64,000 nt of DNA from positions 256,001 through 320,000 of the forward strand of contig JBEKDT010000002.1 of assembly GCA_050014195.1 (NCBI GenBank), read 5' to 3'. The notes beneath the pieces are model-generated. The model worked only from the letters and a program-made list of their open reading frames with translations. It did no database searches and was not told the DNA's origin. Below, one piece after another: positions 10,298 to 21,200 of the stretch. Source of the stretch: Desulfomonilia bacterium (lineage in GTDB: Bacteria; Desulfobacterota; Desulfomonilia; UBA1062). The stretch's first letter is position 1. Each line of letters opens with the position of its first letter. A program made the translations under genes and the position numbers.

Positions 10298-10957
10298 ATG
10301 AAAGTTGGAAAGAAAATTCTTATAGCCATAGGCATCCTGATTATCGTAGGGCTAATCCTGACCATCATCAACAGTCTGCAGAACGGCATTGGCGGATGGG
10401 ATGGCCGATCCGTCGAGAAGATACTTTCGGTTCCACCGGAGAAGGCAACACTAGCGGACATAGAAAAACTTTCGAAGTCCGAGGTAATGCAGCTCTTCTA
10501 TGCAGCTCCCGCACCGGAGTTCACGAGTGTCAATGGAGAGTACAAGGCTAAAGTACTCCCTCTTGGCATAATGGCACCGATTGCTCCTTTTTATACGAAA
10601 TATATACTGGGTCCCGGTGACTGGAAGGGCAAGGCTTTTTATCCTTTTAAAAAAGATAACGGGTGGGGATACAATCTGTGGGAGATAAAGAAAAACGGAC
10701 AACCCAAGATCATCCGAACAGTCAAGATGAAGACCTTCATTGGAAAGTCCCGATTGGATGACAAGGATTCATTCCAGCTTGATTACAGTCCCTTCAACGG
10801 CGGCATCGATTACTTCATGAAAGATGAGGTCCGTCGTATCAATGAAAGGCTATACATCTGCATGGGAATGGTCATAACAGTAGGGCATAAGTGGAATCCT
10901 GCAGCATTCGTTATGTATGATCCGACTCCCTGGGTCGGACCCGATAAAACACAATAG
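10298..10957 (+). CDS. Membrane-anchored hypothetical protein (GXWXG/DUF4334-like beta-barrel suspected)
   Basis: 219-aa ORF with SD, N-terminal hydrophobic helix, LFYAAPAP, WKGKAF, DEVRRINERLY. Confidence 0.65.
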   Translation: MKVGKKILIAIGILIIVGLILTIINSLQNGIGGWDGRSVEKILSVPPEKATLADIEKLSKSEVMQLFYAAPAPEFTSVNGEYKAKVLPLGIMAPIAPFYTKYILGPGDWKGKAFYPFKKDNGWGYNLWEIKKNGQPKIIRTVKMKTFIGKSRLDDKDSFQLDYSPFNGGIDYFMKDEVRRINERLYICMGMVITVGHKWNPAAFVMYDPTPWVGPDKTQ

Positions 10958-10982
10958 GTGTGCATCCCTTCCTGGAGGGATC

Positions 10983-11041
10983 TGCGATTTATCCTCAGTT
11001 TTAGGATGACAGAAAACCGAAGATCTTGAGTTGAAACATAC
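10983..11041 (+). repeat. 59-bp direct repeat, copy 2
   Basis: See 10110-10168. Confidence 0.9.
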
Positions 11042-11253
11042 CAACAAGGTGCTTTATACCAGAGCCTTACACATGGCACGTTATATATAGCTTATTGATG
11101 AATATCTTTTAATTCATTCTATATCTTTTTTACTTCAGCTAACTCTTGCCTTATTTTTAATACATCACTACCAACCTTGTGTTCTGTCGGACCAATAAAC
11201 CATGATGCAACAAATCCTGAAAAGACACCAAATAATCCTACGCCAGCATTCTG

Positions 11254-11502
11254 CTAGAGCTCCTTCCCGGTCTGGAAGGCCTGGCCCACCACCTCGCCGA
11301 GCTTGTGATAGGTCTCGGATGATGTCGAATAGATGAGGGGGTCCACCAACATCGGGTCCACCTTCTTTCCCTTCATGCAGTCCTCGCTGACATAAGTCTG
11401 GGTGATCTCACCGACCACAAGGGTATGGCTTCCCAGATCGAGGGTATGGAGCAGCTTGCATTCGAGGCTCACCGGGCACTCGTCGACAAGCGGTATGTGA
11501 GG
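11254..11502 (-). pseudogene. Duplicated 3' portion of the flavin reductase gene (247-bp direct repeat, copy 1)
   Basis: 11256-11502 appears identical to 23257-23503; encodes PHIPLVDECPV...QTGKEL; stop is TAG here and TGA in the full gene. Confidence 0.93.
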
Positions 11503-11617
11503 CCAGGCCACCCAGAAATCAGCCTATCGCTTATTCCGGCCACCCGTCCGCAGTTTCCGCGGCCGCTAATCCACGTTATGCAAAAGGCCACACCTTCCTC
11601 GCCAGCTGGCCTGGCCT
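11500..11617. repeat. GC-rich junction element with 11-bp terminal inverted repeat
   Basis: AGGCCAGGCCA (11500-11510) / TGGCCTGGCCT (11607-11617). Confidence 0.6.
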
Positions 11618-11622
11618 TGATC

Positions 11623-12225
11623 TTAATGTGACAACCACGCCAGATATGGAGCTACTGCTGCTAATCCAATAAACAAGAAAACCACAATCGCTGGAATTAA
11701 AAATATTATAGCAGCCTTAATATATGAGAGTTCTTGGATAATTTTCATTGCATAGAGAGATAGCCATATACACCAAATGAAAATCAAATAACCTTCTATA
11801 ATCAGTATGATATGTGGAGTAAATGGATTCAAAACAAATGAGATTAGTTGACAAATCACACCAATTGAGCTTATCGACATGAAAGAAATCGCCAGAGACT
11901 TCTTCCCATCATTTTTTGTCACTGCTTTACATGCCCAAGCTACACTTCCAACAAACAAGAAATACAATATGTAGCCGAAGAACCATCTCGCTTGAGGTAT
12001 ACTTAAAAATGATAAGAGATTATTTGTGCTATTATCAAAAAAAGTTATGTAATTCCTTTTTACCCAAAAACTTTTTAATAAAGAAATTACTGCACCGACC
12101 CCGAAAACAAGGAGAGCTTCATTTTGAAGCTCTCCTTGTTTTACTTTGTTAAAAACTGTACTTGGTTGCAGTATTAAATCCCTCATCATGTACCCGGAAG
12201 ACATAAAAAGGTTTTTGTTGCTCAT
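11623..12225 (-). CDS. Putative immunity protein 3, multi-pass membrane protein (Yip1-like)
   Basis: ATG overlaps the stop of the orphan-2 toxin frame (TGATG); 5-6 hydrophobic segments; AT-rich. Confidence 0.7.
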   Translation of the reverse strand: MSNKNLFMSSGYMMRDLILQPSTVFNKVKQGELQNEALLVFGVGAVISLLKSFWVKRNYITFFDNSTNNLLSFLSIPQARWFFGYILYFLFVGSVAWACKAVTKNDGKKSLAISFMSISSIGVICQLISFVLNPFTPHIILIIEGYLIFIWCIWLSLYAMKIIQELSYIKAAIIFLIPAIVVFLFIGLAAVAPYLAWLSH

Positions 12226-12800
12226 CAGTAACCTTGCCTCCAATATTTTTCATTCCCGCCTTGTCTCCAACTTTTTTCATTGAGATCATCATAGGTGCGA
12301 TTATTTACCCAAGGATCCCATTGATAATAAATTGGTTCATCGGGGTTATTGATAAGGTCTTTCCCTGGTCCTCTATTTATGAATGGTCTAACATTTTAAT
12401 GTATTTTTCTTTTTGTGCCGTATGCATGTTCTTTATCTTTACAGGGATTATCAGGATCGGGCTGCCATTCCTGTACGACATTTCTTGATAAACCTGTATA
12501 ATCTGCCGGTGAGGAGAAAGGAACTACGGGATCGAGTCCAATTCCGATTTCTCTTCCAATCCAATTCCCTACACCTCTTAACAAATTATTTGTTTTAGGA
12601 TATTCATAGTTGGTAGTCACCCATATCAATCCAAAAGGATCCACCAGATTCACCGGATCATTGAGACAGTACCCATAGAGGTCGGAATCCCCGCCGTTGA
12701 AGAGGATGGGGTCTTTTGCCGTCCAGCGACCGGTGTCCGGGTCGTAATCACGTGCGCCGAAGCGGATAATTCCGGTGTCCCCGTCACACAGCCCGCCTGC
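12225..12800 (-). pseudogene. Orphan Rhs core tip plus C-terminal toxin module 2, interrupted by one in-frame TAA
   Basis: [57 protein letters not shown]; TAA at 12396-12398, then 56 more sense codons to TGA at 12225-12227. Confidence 0.85.
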
Positions 12801-12808
12801 CGCTTCCT

Positions 12809-13198
12809 TTAATCAATTTTTGAGAATGGCCATATGCGTGGAAGGTTTGAATCTGCCCGACTCTTATAAATATGAATAAATAATATTCTTATAGGCCATG
12901 ACAATATAATCCCAATGAATATGAAGATCGCACTTATATTAGGTGTGTTGGGAATATAAATTGACATTACTCCATTCAATAGAGTTAACAATGACATTGT
13001 CAGGCAAATCATAAAGGAGATCTGATCACCAATTTTTAATATTTTTTTGTTTTTGATATTAGCAAACAATAGATTATCTACGTTATAAAACAATTTTATT
13101 GCTCTCCCTTCTCCTTTGAATGTTCCTTCAATGAACATGAGACCAACACATAGAAGAGCAAAAGAGAATAACCCATTCACAAGAAAATAATTTCCCAT
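12809..13198 (-). CDS. Putative immunity protein 2 (3 TM)
   Basis: 129-aa AT-rich hydrophobic ORF directly downstream of the orphan-1 toxin. Confidence 0.7.
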   Translation of the reverse strand: MGNYFLVNGLFSFALLCVGLMFIEGTFKGEGRAIKLFYNVDNLLFANIKNKKILKIGDQISFMICLTMSLLTLLNGVMSIYIPNTPNISAIFIFIGIILSWPIRILFIHIYKSRADSNLPRIWPFSKID

Positions 13199-13262
13199 GG
13201 CACCATCCTTTTCAAAATAAAATTTGTTTCATGATTGTTCGCTTATGCTCTTCTAATTGAGT

Positions 13263-14880
13263 CTACCTTTTATCCATAGTGTGGGGCTTCTCAAGGGGAA
13301 CAGTAAGATTGACAGGGAACCCAAGGCCGGTACCTAAACCAAAACTAACAGCATCAACATATTTAAGAGGATCATACCATGATCTACAAGGATCAAATTC
13401 TTTTCTTAACCCAAATTGAACGCCTCCGTACTTACCAGAACCGAGAGATATAACACTCCCTCCGCTTTGTCTTCCTGTTCCACTAAGATCACTAAAACCT
13501 ATACTAACACCGATATCTGCCCATGTGCCAGCAACAGCTTCTGGAGTGAATCCTTTGTAGCTGTAATCAACCAGTGAGCCGTTTGATACATTATATTCGG
13601 AACTAAAAGATCCACCAACTGCAACGGGGCCTATATTAAAAGGAAGATGCGCTCCGCCACTTGCAGTTACTTGGTATAAGCCCCATGGATCTAATAAGTT
13701 GACCGGATCATTGAGACAGTACCCATAGAGGTCAGTATCACCGCCGTTGAAGAGGATGGGGTCTTTTGCCGCCCATCTGCCGGTGTCCGGATCGTAGTCA
13801 CGGGCGCCGAAACGGATGATTCCGGTGTCCCCATCATAGAGCCCGCCTGCAAATCCAAACGGCATGGTGAAAGAAGGATTCGTGTCATTCACCACATACC
13901 CAAAGGTATCATAATCCACCCTCTTCACCACATTGCCCGCAGTATCCGTCACCAGCCTCAGGCTCCCCACCTGGTCACAGCTCAGGTAGTATCGAGTGCT
14001 GCTGCCGTCGGTCATGGCTACAGGCATCCTGGCGTCTGCATACTCGAAGCGGTATCTGAGGGAGTTGTCTGCGTTGTATACCGCGAGAAGCCTGGTTGAA
14101 CCCTGCCAGAGGTACTTCTCGATGATCGAGCCGTTGACCTTCTTCGTTATCCTCCTCCCCAAAGGATCATAATCATATTCTATCACAGTTCCACCCGGCA
14201 GGTTTACTCTTAATAGCTCGCCCCGGCTTGTGTACGTGTAGGTCGTTGCGGAAGAGCCCTGTGTCTTTGTGTGCAGGAACCCATCCGCATCATATACATA
14301 GGAAGTACCCCCTGCCGTGATCACCTGGTCATCATTGGAATAGCTCAGGGACCTCGATGTGGTGATGTCTTTGTACACATTCATCTCCGAGATCCGGGCT
14401 CCATTATTCCCGTAGCTGTAATCCTCCACCACGCTGTTGTTCAACGTTACGGTGCGCAGCCTGCCCAGCGAGTCGTATGCATAAGTAAACGTGTTCGTGG
14501 TGCTGTTCATGGTCTCGGTCTTTCCTGTTATCCTGCCCGTGTTATCATAGGTGAGGCTCCAGGAATGCCCGCTGCTTCCGGCCAAGAATGACTGGCTTGC
14601 CTGCTCCCCGTAGGTATTGAATGTTCGGCCTATGGTGATAGTCCCGTCGGATACTGTGGTGGGAAGCCCGTTGCCCGCATCACGGGTGATTGCATACACG
14701 CCTGCCTGTTTGAGCAGGCGGTCCTTATCGTAGGTGAGGTTCATGATGCCGCCTGCATAGGTCACTGCGCTCACGTCAAAGTCGTTGTTGTATGTGTAGC
14801 CCAGGCTCTGGCTCAACGAACCGCTCATGGTCTCGGAGCTCAGGAGCGAGCCGTTATAGCCGTAGGAAATCCCCTGTGCT
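13263..14880 (-). CDS. Orphan YD/Rhs module 1 with alternative C-terminal toxin (ORF 13263-14828; homology extends to 14880)
   Basis: 13849-14855 appears identical to 15784-16790; PVNLLDPWG cleavage motif followed by a unique Gly-rich tail; no signal peptide. Confidence 0.9.
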
Positions 14881-15021
14881 TTGCCTGAGCATGTTCAGTT
14901 TTGTTAATATGTCCCACGGGCAAGCCCTTCGGGCTTCGCCCCTGCCACCCATGGTCTCTTTATCCAGGCCACCCGCCCGCGCCAGCGGGCGCGCGTCATA
15001 CAGGCGGTGGTCGTCTTTATT

Positions 15022-15285
15022 TTAATTCGCATCTGACCCCGTTTTCCCGGACCGTCTTCTTGGAATAATTATAATTTCAACTACAAACACTATTACCCAA
15101 AATAAAACATACCAAGTTAATGCATATATCCCAGTAAAATATTTCATGATGAACGGACTATTGGGGAAAATATATCTCAGAAGAAATATAGAGAAAAAAA
15201 TAGCTATTACTATAATAACAGAAATAGCATCAGATACTGTTACCGTTCTCTTTTCTATCTTAGATTTTTTATTTATTAATGGCAT
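15022..15285 (-). CDS. Putative immunity protein 1 (2 TM)
   Basis: 87-aa AT-rich ORF overlapping the toxin gene end by 10 nt; two hydrophobic helices. Confidence 0.7.
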   Translation of the reverse strand: MPLINKKSKIEKRTVTVSDAISVIIVIAIFFSIFLLRYIFPNSPFIMKYFTGIYALTWYVLFWVIVFVVEIIIIPRRRSGKTGSDAN

Positions 15286-18200
15286 GGTTTCAGATTCGAC
15301 TCCTTTCGTCTATAGGTCCAGTTATAAATATCAGCTCCTAATGATTGGCCACTTATCTCTTCATATAGTCGATTAAATGCTAAGCCTATTTCCAAACCGC
15401 TACCTAAAGCTAAACCAAAAGGTAAAAATATAGGCAATGATGAAGAAGTCGAAAGCATAATCTCTGAAACAAAAATTCCTGAAGCGCCACTCGCAATTTC
15501 TAATGTATTACCAACAGGACCCCATTTCTCAGGTATATTCGTTGTAGCTTCAAGACCACCAGCGATTATAGGGAGCGCTATTTTAATCGCAATTTCAGTT
15601 TCCTGAAGTATTGTTCCTTTTGGATCTCTATAGTTCACTGGATCACTGACACAGTACCCATACAGGTCCGTATCGCCGCCCTTGAAGAGGATGGGGTCTT
15701 TTGCCGTCCATCTCCCGGTATCCGGGTCGTAGTCACGGGCACCAAAGCGGATCATTCCGGTGTCACCGTCATACACACCACCCGCAAATCCAAACGGCAT
15801 GGTGAAAGAAGGATTCGTGTCATTCACCACATACCCAAAGGTATCATAATCCACCCTCTTCACCACATTGCCCGCAGTATCCGTCACCAGCCTCAGGCTC
15901 CCCACCTGGTCACAGCTCAGGTAGTATCGAGTGCTGCTGCCGTCGGTCATGGCTACAGGCATCCTGGCGTCTGCATACTCGAAGCGGTATCTGAGGGAGT
16001 TGTCTGCGTTGTATACCGCGAGAAGCCTGGTTGAACCCTGCCAGAGGTACTTCTCGATGATCGAGCCGTTGACCTTCTTCGTTATCCTCCTCCCCAAAGG
16101 ATCATAATCATATTCTATCACAGTTCCACCCGGCAGGTTTACTCTTAATAGCTCGCCCCGGCTTGTGTACGTGTAGGTCGTTGCGGAAGAGCCCTGTGTC
16201 TTTGTGTGCAGGAACCCATCCGCATCATATACATAGGAAGTACCCCCTGCCGTGATCACCTGGTCATCATTGGAATAGCTCAGGGACCTCGATGTGGTGA
16301 TGTCTTTGTACACATTCATCTCCGAGATCCGGGCTCCATTATTCCCGTAGCTGTAATCCTCCACCACGCTGTTGTTCAACGTTACGGTGCGCAGCCTGCC
16401 CAGCGAGTCGTATGCATAAGTAAACGTGTTCGTGGTGCTGTTCATGGTCTCGGTCTTTCCTGTTATCCTGCCCGTGTTATCATAGGTGAGGCTCCAGGAA
16501 TGCCCGCTGCTTCCGGCCAAGAATGACTGGCTTGCCTGCTCCCCGTAGGTATTGAATGTTCGGCCTATGGTGATAGTCCCGTCGGATACTGTGGTGGGAA
16601 GCCCGTTGCCCGCATCACGGGTGATTGCATACACGCCTGCCTGTTTGAGCAGGCGGTCCTTATCGTAGGTGAGGTTCATGATGCCGCCTGCATAGGTCAC
16701 TGCGCTCACGTCAAAGTCGTTGTTGTATGTGTAGCCCAGGCTCTGGCTCAACGAACCGCTCATGGTCTCGGAGCTCAGGAGCGAGCCGTTGTATCCGTAG
16801 GAAATCCCCTGTGCTCCCCTGGTCAGGGTGCTGATCTTGGACGGGCAGGAGTACGTGACGTCGATGTTCCCTTCGGGCATCTGCACCTCGGTGAGCAGGC
16901 TGTTCGTATAGGTGTTGCTGATCTGCCTGCCCGAAGGCATGCTGATGGATAGCAGCTGCCTGTCCTTGTTGTAGGCGTAGGCATAGGTGTTGTTCAGAGG
17001 GGTCTGGTATGAGCTTGACAGGTTCACGCGGTTGTAGCCGAAGTCATGGTCCGCCGTGGTGCCCAGGGTGGGGCTCGGCTTGCTCAGCACGGTCATGTTT
17101 CCGTTTGGGTCATAATTGAAACTGAGACCGCTGCCATCCGGACGGTCCACCTGGAAGAGGAGGTCGCGGCTGTTATAGTGATAGATTGTGGTGAAATTCA
17201 TTGGGTCTGTAATCGCAGATGTCCGGTCATTCACGTTCGTGTCATTGTACGCTAAGCTCGTGGTGCGGCTGCCGGTGGTGATTGCCAAGGGCCTGCCCCT
17301 GTTGTCATACTGGTATGCGGTGTCAGTGAGCCCGGTCACGTGCAGCAGTATGGTCAGCAGGGTGCCCGGGTCGTACGTGAACGTGGTTACCCTGCCTTCA
17401 GGACTTGTGAGGGTGCGGATGTGATTGATGGTGTTTGTTGCAAGTGTTGCGGTCTTGCCGTTCATTACCGAGGTCTCTGTGATGAGGTCCGGTATGCCGT
17501 CGCCATTGGTATCCGCATAGGTCGCACCAAAGGTCGTTGTCCGGGAGAGGCTGCCCGTAGTCTCCATAAGATTATTCATGAATTTGTACTTGTAAGCCGC
17601 ATCCAGGCCGTAGTCACTCGTAATGCTCATGCCGCAGGAAAGCGTCTTCTCCACATGCATGTCGCTTGCTGACTGGAAATAATTCGTCTGGTCTCCTGCA
17701 GGGCCTGTGATGACGGAATGGAACCCTGCGGAATCAGTGGTGTCTGCATAGGTGGTGGTGTTGTTCTCGCCCGAGGTTATGGCATAATCCGTCTCCCCGG
17801 TTGTCTGGTTGACCTGCCTCGTGTAGACCCAGTGGCCTCCTTCCGGATCGGTTACGTCCGTTACCTTGCCCGTGTCGTCAAAGGTATGGACGAAATAGTT
17901 GCCCCTCGGATCGCGTTCCTGTGTCATGAGGCCGCCGCCGTTGTAATCGAAATGATACCCGTTGCCGTCGGAGAAAGTGAGGTCCGTGAGATTGCTTCCC
18001 GCATCGAGAGTAAGCGCTGTACTGATGCCGTCTTGCGATACTATGGTTGAAGGAACACCGCCTGCATAATTGATGGTGGTCGTCTCATTAAAGCGGTTGG
18101 TGACGGAGGTGAGGTTCCTGTTGCTGTCATACCCGAAGGCATAGAGTTGGGCACCTGTCTGCACGTCAAAGGTTCTCTTGTGATATCCTGCATAGTCAAA

Positions 18201-21200
18201 GACATAGCAGATCCCATCTTCCACAAAGGGGATGTCGCCCTGGTCCAGCTTGTAGGACCCGATATCGCCATATGCCGAGGAGACCTCGCGGACCCTGAAA
18301 TTGTTCGAATCCGCTATGTAGAGATCCCCTTTCTGGTCCAGAGCCAATCCAAAGGGTAAGTAGAGATACGAGCTTGTTGCCAGGCCGCCATCTCCGGAGA
18401 AACCCCACCGCCCCATTCCTGCAAGAGTAGTTATGATACCGTTCGTATCTATCATCCGCACCTTATGGGTGGTCCCATCCGATACATAGATATTGCCGAC
18501 ATGATCGACCAGTATGCCGCTGGCATTTATGTAAGCCTGCGTTGCCGGTATTCCATCACTATCGGATCCAGATACTCCGTAGTTTGAAGACCCTCCAGCG
18601 ATGCGCGAGAGATATCCACTGGTATCAACCTTTAAAACCCCGTCAGATAAGTCAGCAATATACATATTGCCTTCATCGTCAAAGCAGACGGATTGCGGTT
18701 CGATACTGGCCTTTTTCGCCGGACCGGGGATATTGCCGGGGCCCATGGTTCTGGTGCCGGCAACCGTATTTATGAGTCCATTCTTGTCGATCCTGCGTAC
18801 TCGATAACCACTGTCTACATACCCTTCTGTGAAATAGATGTTCTTTTCGCTATCAACAGCTATTTTCCAGGCATAGATCAATGCCTGGGTTGCAGGGATA
18901 TTTTCGTTGTGGCAATCATTGCCCCCACCGGCTATGAGAACCGAACTGCCTGCCGGGTTGATTTTATAAATGTAGAATCCGGCCGAATAATTTCCCATAG
19001 AATAATAGACAGTATCATCCTTATCAACAGCAACTGAAATAACCGACCCAGGTGTTATTCTTGTGAGAACATTGTTGGTATCAAGCTTATACACCCCGCC
19101 CGTATAAGCATAGTAATCTACAACAGCCATGTATACATTGCCTTTTGAATCAATCGCTACGTCATAGGGATAACCTGCACTACTGGAAGTCAAGAAATTG
19201 GCTACCGTATCTATGGTTCTATTTAATTCATTGCTGACGACTGTCCCATCGCCCTTATAAACCTTGGCTGGTTCATAAGGATACATACGGTGATTTGTGC
19301 TGACAGTCCAGCTCTGGGCCATGGACTTATCCAGTGATCCCTTGTTTACGACAAGCCGGTATTGTTTCCAGATGATTGCTTGCTGCCGTGCCGAATTGAA
19401 CGTCCATGCAAGGCTTTCACTATTTTGAGCAAACGCCAGGATAGATGGGTTACTTGCTGCTTCAGTATCGGGAATATAACAGGCCGGGTACGCGAAACCT
19501 ATCTTTATATTTGCAGGGATTGGTCCATGGGTCTGATTTCCCCAGGCATCCATCCCATCCCACACAAACGTTACTGTCTGGTTCGGTGCAGGGGTAAGCG
19601 TCTCACTATACACTTCCCCGGCAATAGTCATCTGAACAATAATGGAAGATAGATTGGAAGGCACCGTATTACCACTCGCAGGGATGGTGATGGTGTATTT
19701 GTTGCCTTGGGACCTGCTGCTTGCATAATGCAGCGAGATATCCGTACCGGGTATCGGGATGTCCTCATCTACGCTCTGGCTCCTGTCTTCTACGGAACTA
19801 GCAATTTTAGGAACAGGACAGGGTTTTATGTCTACATTCTGGTTTCCACCTCCCTGGACTGAAGGGGCACTATTAGGATTCGGCGGTTTATTATCCGCTG
19901 GCAGAAAGGCAAAGTTCCAGTCATAGATGCTGAAATGCGACATCTCCACCCGCATGAATGTCTTGCCGGGCTGGAATCTCGATGGGTTCTGCTGGAGCCC
20001 TGCCACTTCATCGGTAAAGTCACCGTTTCCATTCAGATCCGTCGGCTGACCATTTCCTGTTGCATCGAGGGCATGGACAAGACCATCCCCAACTGTGTCG
20101 AGCAGTTTGACTACAACGCCATTCTTTTGTGCTATCCAGGTGCCCGTATCCCTATTGTAGTAGCCTACCGGGACAACGGTACCGACAGGCAAATTAAGGA
20201 AGTTATCCTCCCATGCTATCACCGGATTGCTGAATGTAACCCTTTCGACGCCGTCTATCTTGAACTCGGCGCAGAAGGTGTAGGCCGACTGGGGTGGAAG
20301 CAATGCGGGCATTGACATGGGACCATTGTCGCCCACCGTGTACTCGGTCACCCTTACCGACATGCTGCTGGGCAGTGTCTGAATCGCATTGCCGTTGGCA
20401 TCAACCGCTGTGGCAACGGTATTACCTTTAAACACCAGGGTACAGGACCGCTGACCGTTGCTGTCGGAAGAGGTGCTGCTCTGATGGAGGAACGCGGACT
20501 GAGAGTTTCCGTCCAGGGTGATGGTGGTTGCTGCGGTATCCTGCTGAATCATCACTATTGTGTCGACAACAGCGTGCTCATTCCATGGAACGTTGACATT
20601 CGGGTGCACGTTCAGGAAACCATTCATGCTGTATACCACGGTCATGAGGCCGCCGCCTTCAACGGGCAGACCGAATCTCCCTGTACTGTCTGTCTGTGCC
20701 GTGCCGTACTCGGGGTGGCCGAGGATCGTGACCGACACCCCGGGCAGCGGGGCGTTGGTTTTGTCCTGGACAATGCCGGTGACCACGGAAAACCGGCCGG
20801 CATCATATTGCTGCACAGTGGAATCAATCGGGATGAACCCTTCATATGGCTTGCCGAAAGAACCGTCGGGCAGAGGAGTACGGGGGACCGCTACCTTCAC
20901 CGTGACCTGTGCGCTCGCAGAGCCCCACTGGTTCGAGACCGTGAGGGTATAGGTGGTGGTTACCTGGGGGGAGATTGTCAGAGGAGATGCGCTTATATTA
21001 ACCGTGCCTACAGGGTCGATGTAGGCGGTCGTTACATTATCCACATTGGAGCATTGCCAGCTCAGCGTCGTGGATGTGCCTTGAAGGATCGGGGTATTGC
21101 CGCAGGCTGCAGTAAAACTGTCAATAGAGGGCGGGTTGTGTGCAGGTGTCACGGTGACTGTTGCGCGCGAGGTCGCGGTACCGCCCGGGCCGGTAGCTGT

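Noticed and set aside
10139-11041. 30-bp repeat containing GTTGAAAC as a CRISPR repeat
   Set aside because: Only two copies, 873 bp apart with a gene between them; no cas genes in the window
11560-11582. GGCCGCTAATCCACGTTATGC as a second attC end
   Set aside because: GTTATGC fits an R' box, but I found no matching R'' (GCATAAC) or L-box stem upstream
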